Below, piece after piece: positions 54,944-64,000 of a stretch of DNA of 64,000 nucleotides. The position numbers were made by a program, and so were the translations under genes. The stretch comes from Bacteroidales bacterium (lineage in GTDB: Bacteria > Bacteroidota > Bacteroidia > Bacteroidales > JAAYJT01). Below the pieces are notes generated by a model. The model did no database searches. It saw only the letters and a program-made list of their open reading frames with translations, and was not told the DNA's origin. The stretch's first letter is position 1; every line of letters starts with the position of its first letter. Location of the stretch: the NCBI GenBank assembly GCA_049654165.1, contig JBASHR010000069.1:64513-128512 (forward strand). Reading direction: 5' to 3'.

Positions 54944-55822
54944 ATGCAACTTATTGACGGAAAACTAGTATCAAAACACAAAAAAGATGAAATAGCAAAA
55001 GCTGTTGCCGAAATGATTGACAGTGGCAAACGTGCCCCTCATCTGGCTGCCATACTCGTTGGTGACGATCCTGCAAGTATGACCTATGTAAATAATAAGG
55101 AAAAATCTGCCAGAAGTGTTGGCATCACCTCATCAGTATATCGTTTACCGGCGGATACCACAGAAGAAAAACTCCTGGAAACTGTTGATTTTCTGAATAA
55201 TGATGATGAGGTGGACGGTTTTATCGTGCAACTGCCATTACCACGCCATATCTCCGATTCAAAAGTCATTGAACGAATAAATCCGGCAAAGGATGTTGAC
55301 GGTTTCCATCCCCAGAATATGGGAAGGATGGTTCAGTACCTGCCTTCATACCTGCCTGCAACGCCATATGGCATTGTTCAATTGCTCGATTATTACAATA
55401 TTGAAACTGAAGGCAAACATTGTGTTGTACTGGGTCGCAGTCAGATTGTTGGAACTCCCATGACCTTACTGCTATCGAGAAAATCCCGTCCGGGTAACTG
55501 TACGGTTACCATTTGTCACAGCTATACCAAAGACTTGCCATATCATACTCTGCAAGCCGATATTCTTATTGCTGCAATTGGAAGACCTGCATTTATCAAA
55601 GCAGATATGGTAAAAGAAGGTGCGGTGGTCATTGATGTTGGCATACACAGAGTTGAAGACACTGAAAAAGGTGGCTCACGCCTTATTGGTGATGTTGATT
55701 TTGAAGAAGTCTCAAAAAAAGTATCGTATATAACTCCGGTACCTGGTGGTGTAGGACCTATGACCATTGTAGGGCTTCTGCAGAACACCCTTAGAGCAGC
55801 TAAAAAAGAGATTTATCCCTGA
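54944..55822 (+). CDS. folD: Bifunctional methylenetetrahydrofolate dehydrogenase/cyclohydrolase
   Basis: It has 'DGFIVQLPLP', 'VVLGRSQIVG' and 'TPVPGGVGPMT'. Confidence 0.95.
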   Translation: MQLIDGKLVSKHKKDEIAKAVAEMIDSGKRAPHLAAILVGDDPASMTYVNNKEKSARSVGITSSVYRLPADTTEEKLLETVDFLNNDDEVDGFIVQLPLPRHISDSKVIERINPAKDVDGFHPQNMGRMVQYLPSYLPATPYGIVQLLDYYNIETEGKHCVVLGRSQIVGTPMTLLLSRKSRPGNCTVTICHSYTKDLPYHTLQADILIAAIGRPAFIKADMVKEGAVVIDVGIHRVEDTEKGGSRLIGDVDFEEVSKKVSYITPVPGGVGPMTIVGLLQNTLRAAKKEIYP

Positions 55823-55827
55823 ATTTA

Positions 55828-56460
55828 ATGCATAACACTAACGAACAGCGTATTGCCAGCGGATTATGGCTTCCGTTAATGGAAGAATTCTATACCTTGC
55901 AGGGCGAAGGTTATCATACCGGTAAACCTGCTTATTTCATACGTGTAGGAGGTTGCGATAATGCCTGTCATTGGTGCGATACCAAAGCATCATGGAATGC
56001 AGCACTATATCCGCTGGTACATATAAATGAAATAATTGAACGCGCAAAAGCATGTGCAGCAGGGGCAGTGGTTGTAACAGGCGGAGAACCTCTCAATTAC
56101 AACCTCAATCCATTATGCAGCGGTTTGAAAACTGAAGGATTAAGCGTTTTTCTTGAAACCTCAGGATCAGCACCTTTAAGTGGTGAATGGGACTGGATCT
56201 GCCTTTCGCCAAAAAGAAAAATTCCTGTACACAGCGATTTATTTTTAGCTGCCAACGAATTGAAAGTAGTTGTGCTTGAAGATAGTTATCTTGAGTTTGC
56301 CGAGCAACTTGCTGAAAAGGTCAATTCATCCGCACTGCTTTATCTTCAGCCTGAATGGAGCCGCCGCAATGTCATTATGCCACGTATTATCGAATATATT
56401 AAAGCTAACCCTAAATGGAGGATCTCACTTCAAAGCCATAAATACATGCAAATTCCATAG
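55828..56460 (+). CDS. queE: 7-carboxy-7-deazaguanine synthase (radical SAM)
   Basis: It has 'FYTLQGEG' and the cluster motif 'CDNACHWCDT'. Confidence 0.85.
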   Translation: MHNTNEQRIASGLWLPLMEEFYTLQGEGYHTGKPAYFIRVGGCDNACHWCDTKASWNAALYPLVHINEIIERAKACAAGAVVVTGGEPLNYNLNPLCSGLKTEGLSVFLETSGSAPLSGEWDWICLSPKRKIPVHSDLFLAANELKVVVLEDSYLEFAEQLAEKVNSSALLYLQPEWSRRNVIMPRIIEYIKANPKWRISLQSHKYMQIP

Positions 56461-56467
56461 GCAATGA

Positions 56468-56527
56468 CGATTGTAAATTTACAAAATATTTTGAACTATT
56501 TTGTAGATAAAAATCGTGTTTTATAAA
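56468..56527 (+). repeat. Dispersed intergenic repeat, copy 5 (divergent)
   Basis: cgattgtaaatttacaaaatattttgaactattttgtagataaaaatcgtgttttataa lies in a convergent intergenic region. Confidence 0.5.
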
Positions 56528-56543
56528 GAAATAAAGTGGGACT

Positions 56544-56945
56544 TTAATGTTCCATGGCGTTTTTAAGTTTCTCGGCCATGATATTAATGAAATTGTTAAG
56601 CGGATTCTTAGCAATCATTTCAAGCATAGGGCTTAATTCAGCATTAACGCAGATAACAGCAGAAGTGGAATTTTCATCTTCGGGATGAAGTTCAACACTC
56701 AATTTAAATTCCAAAGGGGTTTTTCCTGTTGAAACAGCGCTGACCTTCCTGTTTTCAACTCTTTCATTAATTAATAAGGCCAGCTCTCCTATTCCGCTGA
56801 TTTCAAAGCTGCAACTATCAGCATCAGCCCTGAAGTTCCTGATCTGCTCAGGCAATACGGTTTCAAGATTGCGAAAATCACTAATGAAAGCATACACCCC
56901 GGCAGTATCTCTGGCAATGAGGTGTTTATTACTTTTCAATTGCAT
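56544..56945 (-). CDS. SRPBCC-like (START/polyketide cyclase fold) protein, function unknown
   Basis: The size and pattern ('ARDTAGVYAFISDFRNLETVLP') suggest the SRPBCC fold. The assignment is weak. Confidence 0.45.
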   Translation of the reverse strand: MQLKSNKHLIARDTAGVYAFISDFRNLETVLPEQIRNFRADADSCSFEISGIGELALLINERVENRKVSAVSTGKTPLEFKLSVELHPEDENSTSAVICVNAELSPMLEMIAKNPLNNFINIMAEKLKNAMEH

Positions 56946-56955
56946 CTTCCAAGGA

Positions 56956-57603
56956 TTATTCAGGTTTGACCCACGCTGACGGATTTTCTCTCCAGTTTAG
57001 CAGGGCTTTCATTTCATCAGCATTAATATACTGATCTTCAACTGCTTTATTAATAAGGGTAGTATAGTCGGTGAGAGTTTGCAACGGTATTTGTGCTTTT
57101 TTAAAATTCTCTATCGCTTCCTGAAGGTCATAGCTAAAAATTGCAACCATACCTTTTACTGAACAACCGGCATCTTTCAGAACCTTAACAACCTCAAGGC
57201 TGCTTTTACCAGTGGAAATAAGATCCTCAACAATCACAACCGATTGTCCTGACTCAACAACTCCTTCAATCTGATTGCCAAGCCCATGGTCTTTTTTCGA
57301 CGAACGTACATAAACAAAAGGCAAACCAAGCTCCTGAGCAACCAGTACTCCATGAGCTATTGCACCTGTAGCAACACCGGCAATAACATCAACAGGTCCA
57401 TAATTTTCATTTATCAGTTTAGCCAGCTCCTGACGTATATAAGTGCGTATTTTGGGATACGACAATGTTTTGCGGTTATCGCAATAAATAGGAGAAATAA
57501 TTCCCGAGGCCCATGTAAAAGGGTTTCTGACATCCAGCTTTATTGCTTTAATTTGCAGCAACAGATCTGCGCTGGTAATAGCAACATCATTATTTAATTT
57601 CAT
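56956..57603 (-). CDS. pyrE: Orotate phosphoribosyltransferase
   Basis: It has 'FTWASGIISPIYCDNR' and the PRPP-binding 'VVIVEDLISTGKS'. I trimmed the start to the ATG at 57603. Confidence 0.9.
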   Translation of the reverse strand: MKLNNDVAITSADLLLQIKAIKLDVRNPFTWASGIISPIYCDNRKTLSYPKIRTYIRQELAKLINENYGPVDVIAGVATGAIAHGVLVAQELGLPFVYVRSSKKDHGLGNQIEGVVESGQSVVIVEDLISTGKSSLEVVKVLKDAGCSVKGMVAIFSYDLQEAIENFKKAQIPLQTLTDYTTLINKAVEDQYINADEMKALLNWRENPSAWVKPE

Positions 57604-57610
57604 GCGGCAA

Positions 57611-58252
57611 ATGTATAAAGTTTTTATCAACGATAAACCCGTCATCTTTGCTGAGAATATTCTCACAAAATATCAAAGCAGCAGAACACGGATTCATAGT
57701 TATAATGATTCATCTGATCTTAAGCAGGTTATCGGAACGTTCATTCATGATAACATGTATGATAAATTGGTAATTATTAACCCTAAAAACCCGGATTTGT
57801 TGCATGATGCTTTTAAAACATTTTTTACACCTGTTAATGCTGCCGGAGGCATTGTGTTTCAACAGGATAAGGGAATGTTATGGATATTTAGAAATGGTCG
57901 CTGGGATTTACCCAAAGGCATAGTTGAAATTAACGAAAGTCCTGACCAGGCAGCTATAAGAGAGGTAGAAGAAGAAACAGGACTTAGTGAACTCAGTATT
58001 ATTGCACCGCTCGAAACCACTTATCATGCGTTTTTTGAAAAAGGGAAATATATTTTAAAGGTTACCCACTGGTTCTGTATGAAAACCAAAAAGCCTGAAC
58101 TATTGTTAAAACCTCAGGAAAATGAAGGAATAACTAAAGCGGAATGGGTTGATATCACAGATATACCGGATAAATTAAACAGCACATGGGCAAATTTGCG
58201 TGAACTGGTACAGAACTTTATTGCGAAATATACCAATGACGAAAAGCGTTAG
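57611..58252 (+). CDS. NUDIX hydrolase with an N-terminal extension
   Basis: It has a NUDIX box 'LPKGIVEINESPDQAAIREVEEETG'. An alternative start is at 57602. Confidence 0.8.
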   Translation: MYKVFINDKPVIFAENILTKYQSSRTRIHSYNDSSDLKQVIGTFIHDNMYDKLVIINPKNPDLLHDAFKTFFTPVNAAGGIVFQQDKGMLWIFRNGRWDLPKGIVEINESPDQAAIREVEEETGLSELSIIAPLETTYHAFFEKGKYILKVTHWFCMKTKKPELLLKPQENEGITKAEWVDITDIPDKLNSTWANLRELVQNFIAKYTNDEKR

Positions 58253-58388
58253 TAACATTACAGACAATAAATTTTAACCTTTACAGGTATTTTACTGAAC
58301 CTGAATATTATAAATAAGATAACAATTGAATAAAAACCATACCTTTACTCATTATTTTATATAAACCTGAATTACTAAAAAACTTTCA

Positions 58389-58868
58389 ATGAAAAAAATA
58401 GCTGTTTTTCCGGGTTCTTTCGATCCGCTTACCCGTGGTCATGAAAATGTAATATTACGGGCGCTACCGCTTTTTGATGAAATTATTATCGCCATAGGCA
58501 TCAATGCCGAAAAAAAGGCATTCTTTCAGGTTGACCAGCGCTTACAATGGATCAAACAGGTTTTTGCTGAATATCCTCAGGTTAAGGTAGAATCATTTTC
58601 CGGATTGACTGTGGAATTTTGCAAACAGGTAAATGCATCCCATATACTTCGTGGATTAAGAACTTCTGCCGATTTTGAATTTGAGCGCAGCATAGGTCAA
58701 ATTAACAAACAAATGCACCCTGACATTGAAACTGTTTTTTTTCTCACCCTGCCTAAATACACGGCACTAACCTCTTCAATAGTCCGCGATATTATCCGTA
58801 ACGGTGGTGATGCCAGCGCTTTTGTACCCGAAGCAATAGCTGATTCAATTAAAAATTACAAGTTGTGA
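58389..58868 (+). CDS. coaD: Pantetheine-phosphate adenylyltransferase
   Basis: It has 'AVFPGSFDPLTRGH' and 'ISSSIVR'-like 'LTSSIVRDI'. Confidence 0.95.
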   Translation: MKKIAVFPGSFDPLTRGHENVILRALPLFDEIIIAIGINAEKKAFFQVDQRLQWIKQVFAEYPQVKVESFSGLTVEFCKQVNASHILRGLRTSADFEFERSIGQINKQMHPDIETVFFLTLPKYTALTSSIVRDIIRNGGDASAFVPEAIADSIKNYKL

Positions 58869-59851
58869 TGTATTGGTTTCGTGTTGCTGTATTTCTGTAT
58901 GCTACTTTCTTTTTCAGTCTGCTCCATGCTGAAACCACTGTGATAAAATCTTCAGTTGCTAATGCTGCCGGACTTCCGGTAGAACTTATCACCTATTCCG
59001 ATTATATTTCAAATACCGAAATGGTTTTAGCACGTACTACTGTTGCTAAAAACGGAACTTTCGATTTGCGGTTTGAACTGGACCATACAATATTTTCAAT
59101 TCTTAAAATCGGGATACAGAAATGTGAAATTTTACTGGAGCCTGCTAAAACTTACCAACTTAAAATTAGTGGTATCCTTAGCGAAAAACTACGTGATAAA
59201 GATATTCCTGCCTTTCAGATACCATGGCTTCAGGTTGAGGTCATTAACCCATGGAAATTTGAACTAAACGGACTTACAAATGAGTTTTTTGATTTTCATG
59301 ATGAGTTTCTGGCTGAAAATACAATGACGATTCTTAGGAGCCGCAACACCGGTGTACTTAATAAATATGTTACTGAATTATATAATCGCTTTCCCGGAAT
59401 TGACAATGCCTGGTTCAACGATTTGTTAACCTACAAAACCGCTGAAATAGAGATGATGCTCAGGATTACGGATCGCAAAGCCCTGGCTGAGAAATATTTG
59501 CTGGATCATGAAATATTATATGACCACATGGAATATATGGATTTTTTTCAGAAATTCTTTGAAAAATATCTTATTACATCTTCTTTATACGAACGCCGGG
59601 ATATTGTCGCAGCACTGGATTCACCACAATCATACAGCCTTATGATGGAAATGCTATCCATAGACACCATTCTGAAAAACAAGCGTTTACGTGAACTGGT
59701 ACTTATCAGGAGCATGTTTGATCTTTGGGCAATACCAGGATTTAACCGTGATAGAATAAACAAGCTGCTACAACAGGTTCAGACAGAAAGTAAATATGCT
59801 GAACATCAATTAATTGCCACTAATATCATAAACCATTTTTCAGCTCAGTAA
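58868..59851 (+). CDS. Hypothetical exported protein
   Basis: It has an N-terminal hydrophobic signal-like segment and no recognised motif. Its start is coupled to the coaD stop. Confidence 0.55.
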   Translation: MYWFRVAVFLYATFFFSLLHAETTVIKSSVANAAGLPVELITYSDYISNTEMVLARTTVAKNGTFDLRFELDHTIFSILKIGIQKCEILLEPAKTYQLKISGILSEKLRDKDIPAFQIPWLQVEVINPWKFELNGLTNEFFDFHDEFLAENTMTILRSRNTGVLNKYVTELYNRFPGIDNAWFNDLLTYKTAEIEMMLRITDRKALAEKYLLDHEILYDHMEYMDFFQKFFEKYLITSSLYERRDIVAALDSPQSYSLMMEMLSIDTILKNKRLRELVLIRSMFDLWAIPGFNRDRINKLLQQVQTESKYAEHQLIATNIINHFSAQ

Positions 59852-60382
59852 AAATGTAAAAAAGCTGAAATGAACTGAGCCATAACTTCTGTGTTCCGTG
59901 AAAAATTCATGATCTGAGAAATCGTATGAGCCGGGGTGTTCCAGAATAAACAGCCCTTCATCAGTCAGAATATTCTTGTTTAAAACAAGAGAAGGCAGCA
60001 TTTTCAGGTCTTCAAAATTAAAGGGAGGATCGGCAAACACCAGGTGATACAGTTTCTTATTATATTTAAGGAATTTGAAAACATCAGATCTGAACACTTT
60101 TATGTTCCTAAAATCAAGCTTTTTGGCAGTTTCAGCTATAAATGTAACACAACCCTGATGTGAATCAATAGCGGTAACGCTTTTGCAGTCCCGTGAAGCA
60201 AACTCATAGGAAATACTGCCAGTGCCGGCAAATAGATCAAGGACTTCCAGATCGGTGAAATCATATTGATGCTCAAGGATATTGAAAAGTGCCTCCTTGG
60301 CAAAATCGGTAGTAGGTCGTACCGGCAGGTTTTTAGGAGGAAATATCTGCCTCCCTCTGTGTAATCCTCTTATTATCCGCAC
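59840..60382 (-). CDS. rsmD: 16S rRNA (guanine966-N2)-methyltransferase RsmD
   Basis: It has 'MRIIRG..RGR', 'VRPTTDFAKEALFNIL', 'DLFAGTG' and 'FADPPF'. Confidence 0.9.
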   Translation of the reverse strand: MRIIRGLHRGRQIFPPKNLPVRPTTDFAKEALFNILEHQYDFTDLEVLDLFAGTGSISYEFASRDCKSVTAIDSHQGCVTFIAETAKKLDFRNIKVFRSDVFKFLKYNKKLYHLVFADPPFNFEDLKMLPSLVLNKNILTDEGLFILEHPGSYDFSDHEFFTEHRSYGSVHFSFFTFLLS

Positions 60383-61257
60383 AGCGTTACATTTAACAAA
60401 TCGTAATACTGATGAAGCGGGGCATCGTCAAAAACAGCACTGAATTTAAATTCATTGGCTTCAGGTATCAGCTCAACAAAACGAAAATATGTTTTGAGCA
60501 AGCCGGCAAGCTCGCTATTATTTTCAAATCTGCCCGATACAAACAAGGTTGATTCTTCGGTATTGATTTTCAATTGCTCAGTTACAAACAGCAGGTAATA
60601 AAGCAAATCGGTATCAGTAAAATAATGAAATGAATTACACAACTGTAACTCTGATCCTTTGAATACTAATATGTCAAGTATTTCTGACTGAATATTTGCA
60701 AGTATCCTCGTAATCGGACTACCACCTCTAAACTGGGTAAAAAAACTACGTATCAGCGAGCTGCAAATATGAAAGCGGCTTGCAGAAGGGAAATTCCTGC
60801 TTATCCATTCGTTAACAGGCACCGGAACAGAATAAAGCAGATAAGTTTCAGGTGCCGTTATCATATCATTACAAACCAGGTCGTTATCGTTTAAAGTATG
60901 GTTGAATGAAAGATACATCCTGTTTTTTGAGGAGTCATAAAGAGGTACTGGTATTAAGGTGTATTTTGCACCTCCGGCCAATACAAACACCTTATTAAAA
61001 TCTTCCTTTAACAAATAATTACTGTTAATGATTTTGTCGAGCCATTGCTGATAATCGTCTGACAGCATTATATCCGGAAATCTTAATCCAGAAGGTAATA
61101 AATACTCTTCCAAAGCCAGAAATCTGTTTCTCTCAGTATTGAATACCGCATAAGAAAAGCCATCCGGTAAAAGACGGATGGACAGATCATAATTATTTGT
61201 AAACAGGTAATTTAATCCGGAATCAACATATCTGTGAACCGGCGAAATCTCTATCAT
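60373..61257 (-). CDS. Conserved hypothetical protein (DUF3822-like, commonly next to rsmD in Bacteroidota)
   Basis: The call rests on its position upstream of rsmD with overlapping stop/start, and on its size. The family assignment is from memory (unverified). Confidence 0.55.
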   Translation of the reverse strand: MIEISPVHRYVDSGLNYLFTNNYDLSIRLLPDGFSYAVFNTERNRFLALEEYLLPSGLRFPDIMLSDDYQQWLDKIINSNYLLKEDFNKVFVLAGGAKYTLIPVPLYDSSKNRMYLSFNHTLNDNDLVCNDMITAPETYLLYSVPVPVNEWISRNFPSASRFHICSSLIRSFFTQFRGGSPITRILANIQSEILDILVFKGSELQLCNSFHYFTDTDLLYYLLFVTEQLKINTEESTLFVSGRFENNSELAGLLKTYFRFVELIPEANEFKFSAVFDDAPLHQYYDLLNVTLCG

Positions 61258-61272
61258 TCAATATATAAATAT

Positions 61273-61869
61273 TTATTCCCAGTTACCGTCAGTTGAGGGC
61301 TCAGTCATTGAGCCTAGCCTAAGCCCGGGATAACGTCCGATTTGCTCTTCTGAAGCAACAAGATTTCTAAGAAGCTGATCGTCAAGTCCTTTAAGAAATG
61401 TATTAAAATGAGCCTTGGCTTCAAAAACATTTACCATCACACCTCCGCGCTCAATACGTCCGGCATCTAACTCAAACTTTTCACCACCCGAAAAAGGAAT
61501 ATATGGCAATGAATCAATCGAATATGAAACATGCTTAAGCAAAGAATCAGCAGCTCTGACATAGGCAATAGTGTCATTAATAGTTTTAGTAAATGTAGTA
61601 TCGTTAGGATCCGGAACAATTTTAACCACCGGTATATCAGCATTTCTCAAAAAATCGAGTAAAGTATCAAAACTTGATGCATAATTGTTGCTATATACCC
61701 TGTAAGTCAGTTGAATAGAACGCAGGTCTTTCATCTGGGATACTACAATGCTTTTGCGATGTTGAAGTTCTTTTTGAAAGCGTACAGGTTTTAAAATACT
61801 TTCAACAATAAAATAACCAAGTACAATAATGACTACTGTGAGAATGATACGGACGATTAATCGGTTCAT
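61273..61869 (-). CDS. Hypothetical membrane-anchored protein
   Basis: It has a single N-terminal TM helix ('IVRIILTVVIIVLGYFIV'). Confidence 0.55.
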   Translation of the reverse strand: MNRLIVRIILTVVIIVLGYFIVESILKPVRFQKELQHRKSIVVSQMKDLRSIQLTYRVYSNNYASSFDTLLDFLRNADIPVVKIVPDPNDTTFTKTINDTIAYVRAADSLLKHVSYSIDSLPYIPFSGGEKFELDAGRIERGGVMVNVFEAKAHFNTFLKGLDDQLLRNLVASEEQIGRYPGLRLGSMTEPSTDGNWE

Positions 61870-62074
61870 AGTTAATGAATTTTAATGTAGGCGCAAATGT
61901 ATAAATTTTTATTCAACAAGATTAAATTTTAAAATTATTCTTTAAAAATCAGTGTCAAAAAATCCTTTTTTATATTCTTCAAATGCTCTTCATGTTAAAG
62001 CTTCACTGGCTGATCATGTGTTTGCAACTAAAAACTGATTTTCTAAAATTACTATGCAAAAGGTCCGAATAATT

Positions 62075-63847
62075 TTATTTTTGTGTTTGTATTGATTGCT
62101 TTTCAAGCATTTGTAAGGTTTCTTCGGGCGCATCCTTAATGTCCATTACTATAAACCCGTCCAAAGCATTATTAAATTTAGGATCAATATTAAATCCAAT
62201 GATCTTGCCATTTTGTTTAAGATATTTTTTCAGCAGCACAGGTGTTTTGAAGCCTTCAGGTTCAAGCTCTGAAATAATATCATCTATGGTTTTCATAAAT
62301 ATTGATTTTTCACGCTGAAGCAATATTTCGGCATCAATATTAGCAAGTCGGACCTTAAATTCTTTCTTTGCTGAAACATACTTTGCCATCTCGTGATCGT
62401 AATAATTCTGACGTATATAGTGCACCAGTAAAGTCTTTGATATTTTCAGAAAATTATTGCTGATACTCACCGGACCAATCAAATATCTGTATTCAGGATT
62501 TTGTTTTATGAAAGTCAGAATACCCCTCCATAACAATAACAGGATGTAAACTTTCTGCTGATATTCTTTTATTATGAACGAGCGCCCCAGTTCAACAGAT
62601 TGCTTTAACATTGGGTGTAATTTACGGTGAATATCAAATAAAGTACTGATATAGAAACCTTTAACGCCGAACTTGTTATACAGATCATTGCCTTTTCCAA
62701 TGCGATATGCACCTACTATCCGCTTTTCTGATTTTGACCAGATAAATAAATGGTGAAAATACAAATCGTATTCATCAATATCAATTGCACGGTTTGTTCC
62801 CTCTCCTATCTCCCTGAAAGTTATTTCGCGCAATCGTCCTATTTCTCTCAGCAAATTAGGAATATCACCCGACTCAGACAAATATACCTCAAAATCCTGA
62901 AATTCAATTATAAGGTCTGTTTCTTTGATTTTTTCAATTTCCTGATCAAGCAGATCCTGTTCAACCGGATCAATAATTTTTTCAGGAACTGATTTTGCAC
63001 GCAATGGAATGGTAAAATAGCGCCTTTTAACTTCAAAAGAAGTTGCAAGAGCATAAGTTTTAGCTCTTAAAAACCGCATCAACTGTGTATTATCGCTGAA
63101 TTCGGCTATATCTTCCCTGCTTATAGCCTTACCGATGCGAATTCTAATGGTATGCTCTTTTTTATTAAGCAGTTCTGATGGCAGTCTTGCAGTACGCAGT
63201 CTGGGATGTATCATGCCCAGAAGATTAAAAAGCAAACCGTTATTACCACTAAAATAAATCGGAACAACTTTAGCCTCCGATTTAGCAATCAGCTTTCCAA
63301 TAAAAGGATTCCATTCTTTATCGGTGATTTTTTTTGAATTAGTATGAAATGCTGATACTTCTCCGGCCGGGAATACAGCCAAACAACCTCCGTCAGACAG
63401 TACGTTAAGCGAACTTTTTATACCCGCCATACTTTTTTGCGCACTGTCCTTACGTTCAAACGGGTCAACCGGTAGAAAATAATCTGATATGGGTTTTATG
63501 CTTTTCAGAATATAATTTGCCATTACTTTTACATCAGGTCTGACCCCGGCAATCAGCCGTATAAGAAGTAATCCGTCAAGTCCGCCATAAGGATGGTTTG
63601 CAATGAAAACCACCGGACCCGAAACAGGGATATTTTTGTAATCGTTGGCAGGGACTTCGTAAACAACCTCCAGCTCTTCAAGGCAACCATCAATAAAATC
63701 AAGGCCTTCACTATGCTCGTACTTTTCATATATTTCATTGATCCTTTGTATTTTCAGTAGTTTCATCAAAGGAACCGCCAATGATTTCAAACCAAACTTC
63801 TGAAGATACAAGGCTCTGCCAAACTCATCAGGACTAATCAAACTCAT
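62075..63847 (-). CDS. Bifunctional acyltransferase (N-terminal PlsC-type O-acyltransferase + C-terminal OlsB/GNAT-like N-acyltransferase), OlsF-like aminolipid synthase
   Basis: The HX4D motif 'NHPYGGLD' is in the N-terminal half. The C-terminal half is hemolysin-like/GNAT ('VGAYRIG...ELGRSFI'). The domain order matches OlsF of Serratia and Flavobacterium. I trimmed the start to 63847. Confidence 0.65.
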   Translation of the reverse strand: MSLISPDEFGRALYLQKFGLKSLAVPLMKLLKIQRINEIYEKYEHSEGLDFIDGCLEELEVVYEVPANDYKNIPVSGPVVFIANHPYGGLDGLLLIRLIAGVRPDVKVMANYILKSIKPISDYFLPVDPFERKDSAQKSMAGIKSSLNVLSDGGCLAVFPAGEVSAFHTNSKKITDKEWNPFIGKLIAKSEAKVVPIYFSGNNGLLFNLLGMIHPRLRTARLPSELLNKKEHTIRIRIGKAISREDIAEFSDNTQLMRFLRAKTYALATSFEVKRRYFTIPLRAKSVPEKIIDPVEQDLLDQEIEKIKETDLIIEFQDFEVYLSESGDIPNLLREIGRLREITFREIGEGTNRAIDIDEYDLYFHHLFIWSKSEKRIVGAYRIGKGNDLYNKFGVKGFYISTLFDIHRKLHPMLKQSVELGRSFIIKEYQQKVYILLLLWRGILTFIKQNPEYRYLIGPVSISNNFLKISKTLLVHYIRQNYYDHEMAKYVSAKKEFKVRLANIDAEILLQREKSIFMKTIDDIISELEPEGFKTPVLLKKYLKQNGKIIGFNIDPKFNNALDGFIVMDIKDAPEETLQMLEKQSIQTQK

Positions 63848-64000
63848 ACGCAAAATTCTGAAACTGTAAAAATACATAATTTTTCATTGGTACCATCAAA
63901 CTGCAATCCGTTTCATCTGATATCAACACATTTATTTTGATCAATGGTATTATAATTCCTGGAATCAATATTGATTGTCAAATACTTGACAGGTTGTTTA

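Noticed and set aside
57601-57613. Divergent pyrE and NUDIX starts that appear to overlap by 2 nt in the ORF track.
   Set aside because: Using the second ATG (57611) for the NUDIX gene removes the overlap. Closely abutting divergent genes are unremarkable.
154-63738. Many short ORFs (60-175 aa) in the six-frame track lie antisense to, or nested inside, long recognisable genes. Examples are 154-375(-), 1425-1634(+), 6584-6997(-), 7757-8014(-), 14879-15223(+), 29130-29411(+), 43774-44301(+), 52472-52828(-) and 54120-54413(-).
   Set aside because: Each is fully embedded in a longer ORF on the other strand or frame that has clear family motifs. Their sequences are low-complexity or motif-free, so I treat them as shadow ORFs.
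1-64000. A search by eye of all intergenic regions over 100 nt for rRNA, tRNA, tmRNA and CRISPR arrays.
   Set aside because: I saw no cloverleaf-compatible segments, no rRNA-like conserved blocks and no regularly spaced direct repeats. A tRNAscan-SE/Infernal run would be needed to be certain.

Overview
This window looks like a chromosomal segment of a Bacteroidota genome. The evidence is a GldD gliding lipoprotein, a T9SS C-terminal sorting domain, a TonB-dependent receptor locus, an OlsF-like lipid synthase, a bS22-like mini-ORF and TAnnTTTG -7 promoter boxes. I found no rRNA, tRNA or CRISPR array.

Most of the window is housekeeping:
- cell wall: rodA, mrdA
- replication and repair: priA, mutS, an SRAP/YedK-like protein
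- metabolism: gpmA, an acyl-CoA carboxylase trio, folD, queE, pyrE, coaD
- translation and RNA: trpS, rng, HU, dusB, tgt, ffh, rsmD

Three regions stand out.
1. An AT-richer accessory island at about 20.2-29.1 kb, between an EEP-family nuclease gene and the carboxylase genes. It holds a HARE-HTH/GIY-YIG fusion gene. It also holds a five-gene operon of exported proteins and lipoproteins of unknown function, preceded by a long, GC-rich, highly structured leader with an intrinsic terminator. Further along are a small-ORF + GIY-YIG + Mrr-like cassette, an orphan 84-aa ORF and a RES/Xre toxin-antitoxin pair. Three of these units sit behind copies of one repeated promoter-bearing module.
2. A TonB-dependent receptor, an OB-fold surface lipoprotein and an EEP nuclease at 14.0-20.2 kb, possibly an extracellular nucleic-acid scavenging locus.
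3. A 2631-aa T9SS cargo protein with large internal duplications. Next to it are a decayed T9SS-CTD pseudogene and a paralogous upstream leader shared with a neighbouring lipoprotein gene.

Other features worth noting:
- a dispersed repeat of about 50 nt, in five copies
- a cluster of REP-like hairpins
- a partial RAYT-type transposase whose coding sequence contains a 28-nt perfect palindrome

All functional calls come from motif recognition by eye. No database search was run.
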